Below are positions 1 to 15,559 of a DNA stretch of 64,000 bases, piece after piece (position 1 is the first letter of the stretch; the number at the start of each line of letters is the position of its first letter). Where the stretch lies: NCBI RefSeq assembly GCF_009914755.1, contig NC_060925.1. One strand, written 5' to 3'. Below the pieces are notes generated by a model. That model searched no databases. It worked only from the letters and a program-made list of their open reading frames with translations, and was not told where the DNA came from. A program made the position numbers and the translations under genes. The stretch is from the human T2T-CHM13v2.0 reference genome, Homo sapiens.

Positions 1-184
1 TCTTGATTATGATTATTATTGTTTTTGCCTTTCTCTTTAGTTTTGTAACCATTCCATTTTTTTTGTTTAGCTCCCTTGTTCTCTCTTTTTAAACCCTCTG
101 CTTTCTCCACTTTACCCCATGTTTTTATTATTCTTTTAAAATTTTCCATCCTCCAACTGCTACACTTTTTTTTTCCCACTGTAT

Positions 185-637
185 TTTAATTTTTTTAAAT
201 TTTAGTTTTGAGAGTACATGTGGTTTGTTACATAGGTAAACATGTATCATGGGGTTTTTTTGTACATATTATTTCATCACCCAGTTATTAAGCCCGGTAC
301 CCAATAGTGATCTTTTCTGCCCACTCCCTCCTCCCACTCTCCCCCATCAAGTAGACCCCAATGTCTGTTGTTTCCTTCTTTGTGTTCATAAGTTCTTATC
401 ATTTAGCTCCCTCTTATAAGTGAGAACATGCAATGTTTGTTTTTTTGTTCCTGCATTAGTTTGCTAAGGATAATGGCCTCCAGTTCCCTCCATGTTCCCT
501 CAAAAGACATGATCTCATTCTTTTTTATGGCTGCATAATAAATGTAGTACATTTACTGTGTACCACATTTTCTTTATCCAGTCTGTCATTGATGGACATT
601 TAGGTTGATTTCATGTTTCTGCTATTGTGAATAGTGC
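185..637 (-). mobile_element. LINE-1 3' end fragment (old L1PA, L1PA15/16-like)
   Basis: Reverse complement of an L1 3'UTR/ORF2 end (ttagctccc..ttataagtgagaacatgc; gctattgtgaatagtgc) with a T-rich tail on the left. Confidence 0.85.
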
Positions 638-712
638 CAACTCCTGTTCTTTTATCTGACAGGCCCATTGGTTACTCTTTCCTTCATAGGCCTGTATCTC
701 TGTATTTCTGCC

Positions 713-1195
<483 letters not shown>

Positions 1196-1645
1196 CTTGA
1201 TAGGATGTAGCGACCCTTCCCTCCCAGCTGATTTGTTGAGCCTCTCTGCCATTTGCCTCATTAGTATTAGGGAAACTTTCTATACAATAAAAAGTGTTAC
1301 TCAGCACATATAGTGGATTTGCATCATAGTATTAGAAAGGAACTTCATCCCCAGGTGATTCATTAATTGTGGCATCACTGTGTTATGTTGTAATATTTAT
1401 AAATAACAACTTTGTTTTTAAAACTTTTTTTGCATTGTGCATTCCCTAAAAGTTCTTTTTCCCAGTTTCAAATATTCATAACAAATGGCCAGCTCAATTT
1501 AAAACAAGGTAAATATTTCTTTTTTTTTTTTTTCCATTTCTGTGTGAAATATCCAAGCCAGCTTGGAACCAAAGCATTCAGCATTTTACAAGCTAACTGT
1601 CCAGTAGAAAAATAATGTTTTAAAATTAGTTATAAATTTGCTAGA

Positions 1646-1946
<301 letters not shown>

Positions 1947-2061
1947 TTTACTGAAAAAAAATTCCAAATTGACAGCATTTGGGGTTTTTTTTTTTAAAGC
2001 CTTCCATAACAAAACAGTCATGTAGACTTTTAGTATTTTTTTTTTCTAGTTGGCCAAATAG

Positions 2062-2268
<207 letters not shown>

Positions 2269-2950
2269 TAAAATCATCATTCACATGAATCATCATGACA
2301 GCCTGAAAAATGTAGAACTCCTCTAAGAAAAGGAGATAACCCAGTAAGTCATTCTTTACACATCTTGTTCATGTTTAGATGTCTAAAGAAGGAAACTATT
2401 CCTTTGAAAATAGCACTGCTTTAATCTTTGCACTGATAATTCTGACCTCAAAAATAAAATACCAATTTTTAAGACCTTGGCTCTCCTGGGGAATAATCAA
2501 ACCAAATGAACAAACACAAACCTTGTGTATCCCCCTTCCTTTTTTTAACCACTGATGATGAACTTTGGGTTAGCATGTAGAACATAGATAATACAATGCT
2601 AAATACATATTTAACAAAAGTGAACTGAGTGCCTGGCATATGGGGGGCTCTGGGTGTACAATAGTGAGTAGTGGGTATTTGAGAAAAACAAATATATCTG
2701 TGTATATATACCAAATGTATTCATATACAAATAGTAGTAAGTGCAATGAAGAATGGGGTCTGAGGAGAGAGTAAATGTTGCTTTAGAATGCCATTAATTA
2801 TTTCATAGAAAAATTAGTTATTTCATAGAAAAAAGAGAGTCTTTCATTTAGTCTCTGTTAATTTGTTTTCTGTGTTTTAATAATGAAGTTGGTGGCAGGC
2901 CATGATTTTTGGCTGTTCAGAAAAGAACTACCAGGCTCACGTTGGAGGTG

Positions 2951-3768
2951 TCATCCCACCGTTAGGATGGCTGTTATGAAAAGGATAAAAAATAACAAAT
3001 GCTGGTGGAGATGTGGATAAAAGGGAACTTATATGTTAGTGGGAATGTAAATTAGTACAGCTACTATGGAGAACAGTATGGAGCTTCCTCAAAGAACTAT
3101 AAATAGTACTACCATCTGATCCAGTGATTGTACTACTGGGGATTTATCCAAAGGAAAGGAAATATCAATGAGACATTTGTACCCCCATATTTATTGCAGC
3201 ATTATTCACAATAGCCAAAATATGGAATCAACCCAGGTGTCCAACAACAGCTGAATGGATAAAGAAAATGTATATATACACCACGGAACACTATTTGGCC
3301 GTAAAAAAACCATGAAATCCTGTCATTCACAGCAACATGGATGGAGCTGGAGGACATTATGTTAAGTGAAATAAGCCAGGAACAGTAAATTAAACACTGC
3401 ATGTTCTCACTCATTTGTGGAAGCTAAAAAAGTTGATTTCACAGAAGTAAAAAGTAGAACAGAGAATACCAGAGGGTGGGAAGGGTAGGGGAAAGGGAGG
3501 GATAGGGAGAGGTTTGTTAAGGGATACAAAATTACAGCTAGATAGGGGAATAAGGTCTAGTGTTCTATATCACTGCAAATGATTATAGTTAACAAGAATA
3601 TATTGTATAGTTTCAAATAGCTAGAAGAAGGATGTTGAGCATTCCCAACACAAAGAAATGATAAATGTTAGAGATGATGAATATGCTAACTACCCTCATC
3701 TGATCATTATATGTATCAAAACATTACCATGTACCCCATGAATATCTACAATTATTTTTTGTCAATTA
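2951..3768 (+). mobile_element. L1MA-type 3' end
   Basis: Degenerate ORF2 C-terminus (gtaaattagtacagctactatgg; gcatgttctcactcat) followed by an L1MA-style 3'UTR. Confidence 0.85.
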
Positions 3769-3955
3769 ACAAGCTCTCATCAAGATTTTTGTGCCTTGAA
3801 ACATATAAAATTTGCTCTGGAAAGAAAACACCATGGCAAGATGTTGGCCACAGACTATAAATATAGGGGAAAGAAAACTGCAAGAGCTTTATTTTTTATA
3901 ACTCTGTTTCCTTGATTCACAGATCTCTTAACAAGACTGAATCATAGAAGCTAGG

Positions 3956-4312
3956 CGTCTTAGTCCGTTCTCATGCTGCTGTCAAGAACTGCCCAAGACT
4001 GGGTAATTTATAGAGAAAAGAGGTTTAATTGACCTCACAGTTCTGCATGGCTGGGGAAGCCTCAGGAAACTTACAATCATGGCGGAAGGCATCTCTTCAA
4101 AGGGTGGCAGGAGGGAATGAGTGCAAGCAGGGGAAATGCCACATGCTTATAAAACCATCAGATCTTGTGAGACTCACTCTTTATCACGAGAACATCATGG
4201 GGGAAACTGCCCCCATGATCCAATTACTTCCACCTGGTCCCACCCTTGAAACATGGAGATTATTACAATTCAAGGTGAGATTTGGGTGGGGACACATAGC
4301 CAAACCATATCA
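3956..4312 (-). mobile_element. THE1 (THE1D-like) MaLR solo LTR
   Basis: ggaaacttacaatcatggcggaagg and terminal ccaaaccatatca; 5-bp TSD ctagg/ttagg. Confidence 0.9.
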
Positions 4313-6450
4313 TTAGGATGCTTGAGTCACTGTTTTGGAGATAGTTCTGAATTCTGGGCACTAAGGAATACCGTTTGGACACTGATCCTTTTATGTTAAA
4401 GATGGTGAACTGGTGAGTTCCAGTGTTCTCCTTTCAGTTTGTTAATTGGGAATCCTATAGTTGAGCCTAAATTTTCAGTGTTTTGCTTTTTTTTTTTTAA
4501 TCATAAATGGCAAATATTACGCCTACCCAGAATACGGTGCTTTGAAACCCAAATGTTAAGGAGATAAATGGGTATACCTAACTGCTTGGGTTGAACAAGA
4601 TTTTGGGGAATAGGAGGATGGCTTCTTTAGAGACCTAACAGTTATTTGTGTGGCCTGGAAAAGTGGGATAGCTCATTCTGAATCATTTTCAAACTTGTCC
4701 AGAGAGCTCTGGGGCTCCTCAGAGGAACCTCAGTACTACTAGTGGGAATAGGGTTGCCAAGAAGGGCAGGGGTCTTATCCCCACATCCTTTAACTAAGGA
4801 ACTTCTACTAGACACAAAGGAAAACAAAGAACTTTGAATATAATAAATTAGCTTTTGCTTCTTTGTCATAGAATCTTCCTGAGTTACTGTTTGTGTACCA
4901 ACTCTTGAGGGTTCCATCATGTATGATGAGGAGCCACATCAAGACCTTTCACCTGTGCTCTCTTATTCTTTTCTTCTGCCATTCCCTCTGCCCCTCTCAC
5001 ACAAACCTTTTTGTAGAAAGGAAAGCAGGGACAAATAACACTTGAGTTCCAGGCGTTGGGAACTAGTTAAGATCTGTTAGAAAAGAAAGATTTAAACAAT
5101 TTTTGAAAGCCCTGAAAATTATCTTCCTAAATCTTTTACCTAAATGGAAATTTGTATTATCTTCATTAGGAAGAATATATATGGAAGTAATCAACAAACT
5201 GAACTAGTTAGAAAGCAGTGTATTTTAGCCAATAATGAGCCTTAACCTTTGCAGGGTTAGCACATGGAAATCGTTATTATATACTAGCAGATACAGCTAT
5301 GCCACCATACTTCTTAAGTCAAGGACCAATTCTTCATTATACCAGCGTGTTCTGATTTTCACAGTTAATCTTATTTGGTTGCTAAATGCCTTACGTACCT
5401 AATGAAATGAAATTTGGGAATTGACTAGCTTAATTTTGCAGTGTGAAGTGGTTCCCTTCTCTTTATTTTAAAACATTTTTTCTCCCAAAATTTTGAAGAT
5501 ATTTTGACTAATTCAAATTTCATATAATTTTAAGAGTACTATAATTTATAAGCTATAGAGGTGTGTGATTTGAATGCTTCCTATCTAATGCGACTGGAAT
5601 TTTTCTCCAATTATAAGAGAGACAAGACCATCATTCTCCAGTTTCAAAAAAAAAAAAAAAATGCAGCTGCTTGCAAGAGGAGAGCTAAACTAACAGAACA
5701 TTTAATATTTTGAAAAATATGTCCTGGGGGAAAAGATTCTTCTGTTTAAAAAGATATTAAATTATTTGGCTTGGCAGCTCCAGGGTGTGAATATTTTGAG
5801 CTCCATCACTATCATTTATTTTTTATCGAGTTCAAATGGAAAAATTGAGAACTTTATTTTGACATGTAGTCCTTTATTAGATATATAAACCTTTAGCTGC
5901 AAGGGACTACATGTTACTGTGAATTACATAGGCACATTCTACTTTTAGTGGATCAGTGTTTAATTTTCAAAATTCTCAGCAAATAGCACAGCTGCAGCCA
6001 AAAATTCCTGTAGCCCAGATGAAACTAATAGTTCCAGGCTGTGTTGCTGTCATTCATTACTAATCCAGGTATGAGTGCTTACTGTTTTTAATTTTCCTTT
6101 TCCGAACTTGAAGGCAGTGTTTGTCTTTTCCCACAAGAAGTCAGTGATAATGTGCCTGAGATTCCAGCAACTGGAGATAGTTGGCCTTTTCCACACTGAC
6201 ACAACTAGACTTTCTTTTAGGGCTAGTATAGATAGCAGTTTGATGATAAACAAAAAACAGTGGGAGACAGGCACATAGTAGGGTATTAAGGAAAAACAAG
6301 AATGTATTAGGGATTTGAACCTAATTTTTGGAAGTTGGTGTCATGGAAAGCATCTGCTGCCTACCATACGATATCCATTGATGGCATGTGCCATTTGGGC
6401 AAGAATATTGAGTTAACTGGACAATATGTTTTTATGTTTATTATAATTCG

Positions 6451-6745
6451 TTTTTTTTTTTTTTTTGAGATGGAGTCTCACTCTGTCACTCAGGCTGGAG
6501 TGCAGTGGCTCAATCTTGACTCACTGCAACCTCTGCCTTCTGTTTCAAGCAGTCCTCCTGCCTCAGCCTCCCGAGTAGCAGGGATTACAGGTGCATGCCA
6601 CCATGCCTGGCTACTTTTTGTATTTTAAGTAGAGATGGGGTTTCACCATGTTGGCCAGGCTAGTCCTGAACTCCTGACCTCATGTGATCTGCCTGCCTCG
6701 GCCTCCCAAAGAGCTGGGATTACAGGTGTGAGCCACTGTGCCCAT
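6451..6745 (-). mobile_element. AluS
   Basis: Dimeric Alu, poly-T on the left, TSD core ttataatt. Confidence 0.95.
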
Positions 6746-6880
6746 CCTCTTATAATTATTATTAGTAATAGAACTTTCAGAAACATTCAAAATATTATCA
6801 CCAATTATTCTCTTCAAATCCGACCAGAATGGATTCATTTTGCATTTTAAAATGTCTTAATTGACACTTAAAAACTGTGA

Positions 6881-7030
6881 ATTTCAGCTAGTCAGGAGGC
6901 TGAGGTGGGAGGATCCCTTAAGCCTAGAGTTTGAGGCTGTAGTATACCATGATTACATCTGTAAATAGCTACTGCATTGCAGCCTGGGCAACATAGTGAG
7001 ACTACATATCTAAAAAAAAGAAAAAGAAAA
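6881..7030 (+). mobile_element. FAM (fossil Alu monomer), 5'-truncated
   Basis: Retains the 7SL-derived ctgt(g)aatagc(c)actgca segment that dimeric Alus lack; TSD aaaaactgtga. Confidence 0.8.
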
Positions 7031-7071
7031 AAACTGTGATATAGAATGAAGAATAAAGATTGTAGACTTTG

Positions 7072-9243
7072 GAATTGGACAAAAGTTGGAAGCATTCCCC
7101 TTGAAATCTGGCACAAGACAAGGATGCTATCTCTCACCACTCCTATTCAACATAGTATTGGAAGTTCTGGCCAGGACAATCAAGCAAGAGAAAGAAAGAA
7201 AGCATAGTCAAATAGGAAGAGAGGAAATCCAACTATCTCTGTTTGCAGATGACATGATCCTATATCTAGAAAACCCCATTGTCTCAGCCCAAAAGCTTCT
7301 TAAGCTGATAAGCAACTTCAGCAAAGTCTTAAGATACAAAAATCAGTGTGCAAAAATCACAAGCATTTCTACACACCAACAACAGACAAGCAGAGAGCCA
7401 AATCATGAATGAACTCCCATTCACAATTGCTACAAAGAGAATAAAATACCTAGGAATACAGCTAACAAGGGAAGTAAAGGACCTCTTCAAGGAGAACTAC
7501 AAACCACTGCTCAAGGAAATCAGAGGACACAAACAAATGGAAGAACATTCCATGCATATGGATAGGAAGAATCAATATCGTGAAAATGGCCATACTGCCT
7601 AAAGTAATTTATAGATTCAATGCTATTCCCATTAAACAACCATTGATATTCTTCACAGAATTAGAAGAAACTATTTAAAAATTTGTATGGAACCAAAAAA
7701 GAGGTCATGTAGCCAAGACAGACCTAAGCAAAAAGGACAAAGCTGGAAGCATCTGTTACCAGACTTCAGACTTCAAACTATACTATAAGGCTATAGTAAC
7801 CAAAACAGCATGGCACCAGTACAAAAACAGACACATAGACCAGTGGAACAGAATACAGAACTCAGAAATAAGACTACACATCTACAACCATCTGATCTTC
7901 CACAGACCTGATAAAAACAAGCAATGGGGAAAGGATTCCCTATTTAATAAATGGTGCTGGAATTACTATTATCTATAGTATCTATACTAGCCCTAAAAGA
8001 AAGTCTAGTTGTGTTTCATATGCAGAAAATTGAAAGTGGACCCCTTCCTTATACCTTATACAAAAAATTAACTCAAGATGTATCAAAGACTTAAATATAA
8101 AACCAAAAGCCATAACAACCATAGAAGAAAATCTAGGCAATACCATTCAGGACATAGGCACAGGCAAAGATCCCATGATGAAATCACCAAAAGTAATTGC
8201 AACAAAAGCAAAAATTGACAAATGGGATCTAGTTAAACTAAAGAGCTTTTGCACAGCAAAAGAAAGTATCATCAGAGTGAACAGGCAACCTGTAGAATGG
8301 GAAAAAATTTTTGCACTCTATCCATCTGATAAAGGTCTAATATCCAGAATCTACCAGGAACTTAAACAAATTTACAGGAAAAAAAGAAACAGCCCCATTA
8401 AAAAGTGGGCAAAGGACATGAACAGACACTTCTCAAAAGGAGACATTCATGCAGCCAACAAACTTTTAAAAAAAAGCTTAATATCACTGATCATTAGAGG
8501 AATGCAAATCAAAACCACAATGAGATACCATCTAACACAATTCAGAGTGGTGATTATTAAAACGTCTAGAAACAACAGATGCTGGCGAGGTTGCAGAGAC
8601 ATAGGAAAAGTTTTACACTGTTGGTGGGAATGTAAATTAATTCAACCATTGTGGAAAACAGTGTGATGATTCCTCAGAGATCTAGAACCAAAATATCATT
8701 TGACCCAGCAATCCCATTACTGGGTATATACCCAAAGGAATATAAATCATTCTATTACAAAGTTACATGCACACATATGTTCATTGCAGCACTATTCACA
8801 ATAGCAAAGACATGGAATCAACCCAAAAGTCCATCAATGATAGACTGGATAAAGAAAATGTGATACATATACACCATGGAATACTATGCAGCCATAAAAA
8901 GGAATGAGATCATGTCTTTTGCAGAGACATGGATGGAGCTGGAAGCCATTACCCTCAGCAAACTAACACAGGAATAGAAAGCCAAACACCGCATGTTCTC
9001 ACTTATGAGTGGGAGCTGAACAATGAGAACACACAGACAAAGGGAGGGGAACAGCACACATTGGGGCCTGTCGGGAGGTGGAGTCGGGGGAGGGAGAGCA
9101 TTAGGAAAAATAGCTAATGCATGCTGGGCTTAACACCTAGGTGATGGGTTGATAGGTGCAACAAACCACCATGGCACATGTTTACCTATGTAACAAACCT
9201 GCGCATCCTGTGCATGTACCCCAGAACTTAAAATTTAAAAAAG
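7072..9243 (+). mobile_element. 5'-truncated older L1PA (about L1PA10-16): ORF2 RT/C-terminal region plus 3'UTR
   Basis: ORF fragments [20 protein letters not shown] and [13 protein letters not shown] broken by frameshifts; 3'UTR gcattaggaaaaatagctaatgcatgctgggc. Confidence 0.95.
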
Positions 9244-9732
9244 TGGTAATTAAAATTCTCAGAGATAAGAGAAGATATTATATCCACAAAAGAATAACAG
9301 GATACTTTAGATGGGATCATTCAAAGAATAAATAAAGGCTCTTGGATATTTCAAAAATTGTTAATTCAGTAGAAGTGTTGGGAGATAAATTTGAGACTAT
9401 CTTCCCAAAAGCAGATTTAAAAAGACTAAGAGATAGAAAATAAAGTGGAGATGTAAAATAAAAGAAAATACAATTAGAGGAAAACTATGCTCTCCAATGT
9501 TTGACTAGTAGAGGGAGTTCCAGATAGAGTTTGGGATGAATTAGTTCTCCTAGTTGACTCTGTAACCTAGACTGTAAATTCTGGAATGTTGGGGAATATG
9601 TTGTTGGTCTTGTTCACTATTTATTCATTGTCTGTCACAGTCTGTGCACATACTAGGTCTTCAGATATTTTGACTGAAATTATTCTTGTATCTTGTTGAG
9701 AAAAGGCATAGAAAAACTAAGCAAATTTTTAA

Positions 9733-10112
<380 letters not shown>

Positions 10113-10347
10113 TGATTCACTTGGGAATAATATTTAGATAGTCATCATAATGTAAAACACTAAATATTGATTTAGCCAACATCATGGTGTGCCAATATTG
10201 AGAAAGCAGGGAAGAAGAATGCTACAGAAGAATGAAAACCACATCATCTATAGTAGAAAGCCAATACGTAATGCCTGAGATATTAAATTTTAAAAAGCAG
10301 TTACGGGCATGTTAGAGATAGCTGAAATAGTTGAAAGTGATTGCTAG

Positions 10348-10643
10348 GGCCGGGTGCGGTCGCTCACGCCTGTAATCCCAGCACTTTGGGAGGCCGAGGC
10401 AGGCAGATCATGAGGTCAGGAGTTTGAGACCAGCCTGGCCAATATGGTGAAACCCCATCTCTACTAAAAATACAAAAATTAGCTGGGCGGGGTAGCGTGT
10501 GCCTGTAGTCCCAGCTACCTGAGGGGCTGAGGCAGGAGAATCGCTTCAGAGATTGCAGTGAGCCAAGATCTCACCACTGCACTCCAGCCTGGGAGACAGA
10601 GTGAGACTTTGTCTCAAAAAAAACAAAAAACAAACAAAAAAAA
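10348..10643 (+). mobile_element. AluS with a short internal deletion in the right arm
   Basis: TSD gaaagtgattgctag at 10333-10347 and 10644-10658; tcgcttcagagattgc lacks the gaacccgggagg segment. Confidence 0.95.
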
Positions 10644-11224
10644 GAAAGTGATTGCTAGAAAAAAGTGGGGCAGGGGACCACTTTCTATCCCCATTATATG
10701 CCTTGTAGAACTATTTTTAAAACTAAATGAATTGTTTTGATAAAAATAGAAATTTATTTAATGGCACCAGGCCACATCATTTTCTATATTAAGGCCATAC
10801 TTATCAATGAACCAGAATATGGCTATCCTAGGGCCAGGGTATCTTCTCTTTAGGATGGTCCTTCTCTTTTTCTCTATTTCCTTTGCCGACTCACCTCTCT
10901 TTGGAATTGATGTGTTCTTCAGACATAACCAGGTAGCTTGGAATACTTAGCCTGTAAGTTCTCTTGTCTATTTTGTGGTGACTTCCTGTTTTAACTCTGA
11001 GTTTCTTTCTGTGAGATTTTTAAGTCACTTGTGGTTACAGTTACTTTATTGCAACCTTCATGATAAGGCTATTAATGCTTCAGTGCTGTTCCAGTCAGTT
11101 ATATATTCTAGACTCTAAATTCTGTGAAGTCGGGGATTGTTGGTTTTGTTCACTATTTATTCAGTGGCTAGCTAGTAGTATGTGCACGATTGAAATTATC
11201 CTCATATTTCTTTGAGAAAGAGAT

Positions 11225-11325
11225 TATGTAATGTTTAAGAACATGGCTTTTAGGTTAGACAAACCTGGGTTTGAATCCCATCACTATTGCTTGCTAGCCA
11301 TGTCACTTAACCTCTTCTCTGAAAC
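11225..11325 (+). mobile_element. MIR fragment
   Basis: agacaaacctgggtttgaatccc...gtcacttaacctc MIR core. Confidence 0.7.
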
Positions 11326-12268
11326 CCTCTTTTCTAAGTATTATCACTCTTTGTTTCAAATTAACACCTAAAGGCCCTCTACCTCACAAACGTTTTCACC
11401 TTTCATCATTCGTTATTTCTGATTATTAGCATATTTCAAAACACCACAATAAATTATTAAACTTGCATTTAAAAATAATATGTAACATTAATAAAGCAAG
11501 TTATACTTTTTTTCTGAATTCTCTAGTAATGTTATTACACTATAGGCCATATTAACAACTCATTTTTTAAAGCAAAAACATGTTTCTCAGAAGATAGATT
11601 CATTTATTTTTAGGAATGTTTATTGTATAACTTCTCGTACAGTGGGGAAAATGTTTACTACTTCATGAAAAATGTGTTTTTTTATAGTACATTTTTCTCA
11701 CGAAGACATTGGCTGCATTAAAAGAGAGTAGTAATAAGATAATTTTGCGACCTGTTTTTCTGAAAGGCTGAGCAACCCTTTTAAGACTGGGATGTCATCA
11801 AGGGTAGGAATCTGTGTTCTGCTTATCACCTCCTTGTCCATTGTCTGGCATGTAGTAAAATCTTAACTGTTGACTGAATGACTGCATGCATGAATGAATT
11901 AACCATAGTGTTGCTTTATTTGTTTGTAACTTTTTATTTTGATGTAGTTTAACACTTAATGAAGAGTTACAAGATTAGTACAAGGAAATCCCATATATTG
12001 TTAACCCAGATTTATTAATTGTTAACTAAGTTTAAAGTTTTTATATTCATATAATGTTTCTCGGAGTCATTTGAGAATCAGTTGTTGCCATTACACCCTT
12101 TTACTCCTAAACACTTTAGTATGTAGTTCCTAAGAACAAGAACCTTCTCTTTTATAATAAAACACAGTAAACTTACGAAAATCTAGTAATTTAACATTGA
12201 TATAATTTAACATTGATATAATATTTTCTAATCCAGTTTGTTTTCAAATTTGTCCATTGTCTCAATAG

Positions 12269-12572
12269 TTTTTTTTTTTTTTTTGAGACAGGACTTTACT
12301 CTGTTGCCCAGGCTGGAGTACAGTCCAGGCTAGGTGCTATCGTGACTCACTGCAGCCTTCACCTTCCAGGCTCAAGTGATCCTCCCATCTCAGCCTCCTA
12401 AGTAGCTGAGACTACAAGTATGTGCCACCACGCTTGGGTCATTTTTAAATTTTTTGTAGAAATAGAGTCTCCCTATGTTGCCCAGGCTGGTCTTCAACTT
12501 ATGGGCTCAGGCAACCCCCAACCTTGGCCTCCCAAATTGCAGGGATTATAGTGTGAGCTACCGTGCTCAGCG
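12269..12572 (-). mobile_element. AluJ
   Basis: Diverged dimer with ctcaagtgatcctccc (J-type). Confidence 0.9.
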
Positions 12573-12980
12573 TCAGTCGTATCTTTTGCAGCTATTTTTT
12601 TTCTGTCTGGTACCCAATCCAGGATCACACATTCCAGGTAAGTTTCATGTCTCTTTAGCCTTCTTTAATCTGGAACAGTACTCTAGTATTTCTCTTTCTT
12701 TCTTGACTTTAACATTTTTTAGAAGAGTTTAAAAAATAATTTTGAAGAATATTCCTAGTTTGGGTTTGTATCATGTATCCTCCTAATTAGATTGAGGTTT
12801 TGCAGTTTTGGCTGGAAAACCACAGAAGAGATGCTGTGCTGTTCTCAGTACATCATATCTTTAGGCACATGAGGTCACTTTACACAAATACGAGCAACTC
12901 ATCACTTGGTTAAGTTGTATCCACAGGGTATTTCCACTGTAAAGTTGCCGTATTTTCCTTGGTGTAATTTGTGGGGAGAG

Positions 12981-13292
12981 GGCTGAAGGCGGTGGCTCAT
13001 ACCTGTAATCTCAGCACTTTGGAAGGCTGAGGTGGGCAGATTGCTTCAGCTCAGGAGTTCAAGAACAGCCTGGCAATACGGTGAAACCTTGTCTCTACAA
13101 AAAAGACAAAAATTAGCTGGGCATAGTGGCGTGTGCCTGTGGTCCCAGCTACTTGGGAGGGAGGCTGAGTTGAGAGGACCACCTGAGCCCAGGGGTGGGG
13201 TGAGGGAGCTCAAGGCTGTGGTGAGCCATGATTCTACCATTGTACTCCAGCATGGGTGACAGATTGAGACCCTATCTCAAAAAAAAAAAAAA
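12981..13292 (+). mobile_element. AluJ
   Basis: Diverged dimer; TSD aatttgtggggaga/aatctgtggggaga. Confidence 0.9.
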
Positions 13293-15525
13293 ATCTGTGG
13301 GGAGATCCTTTGAAACTGTAAATATCTCGTCCCTCATTTATGAAACTTACACTCAATAATTTTAGCATCTGTCATTCGATTCTTCCACATTTATTAGTTG
13401 GCATTTTACTCTAAGAAAGACCTTCCCTTTATTTTTTATTTATATTAGTTTGAATTCATAGATACTTATTTTATTCAATGAGTTGTAATCCATTGCTGTC
13501 ATTAATTATTTTGGTGCTTAAGTCATTCCAGATTTGGTCAGTGGGAGTCCCTGCAAACTGTTCCTTTGTCCTTTTGCTTTGTCTTAAATGTTCCTTGAGA
13601 ATTTTTATCTTTTTTGGTGTAATAAGATAGTCTAGGTCCTTCCTGTACTTTTCCTTGTCCAAGCCCTGGGGTCAACTCTTTTTCTGAGATGCCCTGTTTC
13701 CTTTTAATGGAGAATGGTATTTTAAAACCAAGATTTAAGTGCTGAGTGTGCTCATTGCTACTAATAGCATTGGCTCTAGACCCTCTCAGATCTCAGATCT
13801 CTCAGGAACCAAGCTCAGAAATGTATGTATATGTAAATTAAAGTTTTATATCTAAACTAAGAGTTCATATTGACTCTTCCAGTTCAAATCCAGCACTCCA
13901 GGGTTCATTCTAGTTTCTCTCCATATTCACAACTCCCATTTCCAACAGTGAGAAACCTGGCTCCATGGTATTGTTTTATATCCCAAGTATCTTGTTCAAG
14001 CCTTGGCATTAAGTAACTTATATTTGTTTTAAGCATTTGAATGAATGAGTGAATACATAGTTATGGCATTATCTCAGTATATATTCTCACTGCTGTGACC
14101 AATGCTTGGCATTAGGTATTAATAGATGCTAAATAAAACTTTCTTGAGTAAATAGCTCTCTTCTTACCATTTATTATATATTTTTGAACCACCTGAGAAA
14201 CGACTCTGTAGGAGTCCTCTCATTTTTTTTTGCCATTTAAATATGAATCCTTGTAAATTCAGTTAATATGAACAGTCAATCCTTTTTTCAATAAGAAAAA
14301 GTCATAAGTAACAATAAAATTGATCTATTAAAAATAATTCTTTTGTTTTTGTTTTAAAAAAACTTTGATATGGGCAACATCATTGAAAAGATTTCAGAAT
14401 TTCTAATTATGAAAATTGTAGCTTAAAGAGTTTGGCACATTTTTCACATTTGTCAGCTCTAGCAGTGTGAAATATGTTCTTCATTTGAATTCTCTTCCTA
14501 TACCCGCTGCTGCCAGGCAAAAAGAATTTTCACTTCACTGCTGCTTGTTATTAAGCTGCTATAAACAAGAATGCTTGAAGGTAACTTATGAGCAAATGAC
14601 TAGAAATTTCTGATAACCTTAAGACTCATTCCCAAATTATATTATTAACTCTGTGAGTAATTTGGGGAAAAGCAGTAGGGTTTCATTCGCCTGTGCCCTC
14701 AAAGGTTACAGAGTTACAATTTAGGACAGCCATTAATGATGCTAACTCTTGAGATAGGTTTTTATTTGTTTGTTTTTGTTTTGTTTTTTTTTCCTTAAAC
14801 CTCAGGAAACGTGGTATATTTTTCTCTCTGATGTAATTCAAACTAACAACTCCTTGCTCATAAACTCATATTTTATTCCTAGAAACTTGCTTAAAAAGGG
14901 CCCTATCCTTTTCTATCTTTGCTTTTTCTAGTTACCTAAATTATGTTAAATGTATCATATGCATTATAACTTATGGTATAGAATTCAAAATATATAATTT
15001 GTCATGAATCATACTACCAGAGTAGGAAAAGTTGGAAAAGGGGTTAGTTTTATATTATTAAGACTTTTTCACAAAACTGGCTGGGAATTGATTACTTTTT
15101 GTTTTAAAGAAAATGTTCTCCAAGATAACATCTTTAGCCCTGTATAGAAACATTTAAGTTGTCCCCTCCCATACTTATAAGAGGGAGTGGGTCTTTTTAA
15201 ATGAATAGAAAAATCAGAACATTTAAAGCACTTCCATCTTAAAAGCCTTTCCTGTTTAAAGAAAAGCTGAAATGCTGCAATTTATACAAATAGTCTTCTT
15301 TTCCTAGATTAAAATTTTAAAAGCAAAGTTCTGTATATATAAGCAAAGATATATTCTGTATCTTTTAAGTGTAGACATTTAAAGGTAAAATCTAAAAATT
15401 GTTTAAAAAGTTCTTTTCTGTGGGGCAAAGTGGTTTTGTCATATCATAGATTCCCTGTTCCTTATTTTGGTTTATCTCTATAAATAGAATTTATTCCAAC
15501 ATCAGTCTAGTACTACTGATTTTTA

Positions 15526-15559
15526 TACACACACACACAGATACACACACACATACACA
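15526..15559. repeat. Interrupted (CA)n microsatellite
   Basis: tacacacacacacagatacacacacacatacaca. Confidence 0.9.

Larger units (their letters stand above)
11925..13965 (-). mobile_element. Old L1 (L1MC-type) 3' region, interrupted by two Alus
   Basis: ccaatccaggatcacacatt, ccagatttggtcagtgggagtcc and ggagaatggtatttt motifs, also present in the paralogous copy at 33.9-35.5 kb. Confidence 0.75.

Noticed and set aside
1466-1508. Possible 43-nt exon (ttcccag|...aag|gtaaat)
   Set aside because: Plausible splice motifs, but it is frame-shifting, encodes no recognisable peptide and has no partner exons.
14461-14542. Bulged hairpin (agcagtg...cactgct) as a pre-miRNA or structured RNA
   Set aside because: Only about 17 interrupted pairs around a 40-nt loop; compatible with chance in AT-rich DNA.
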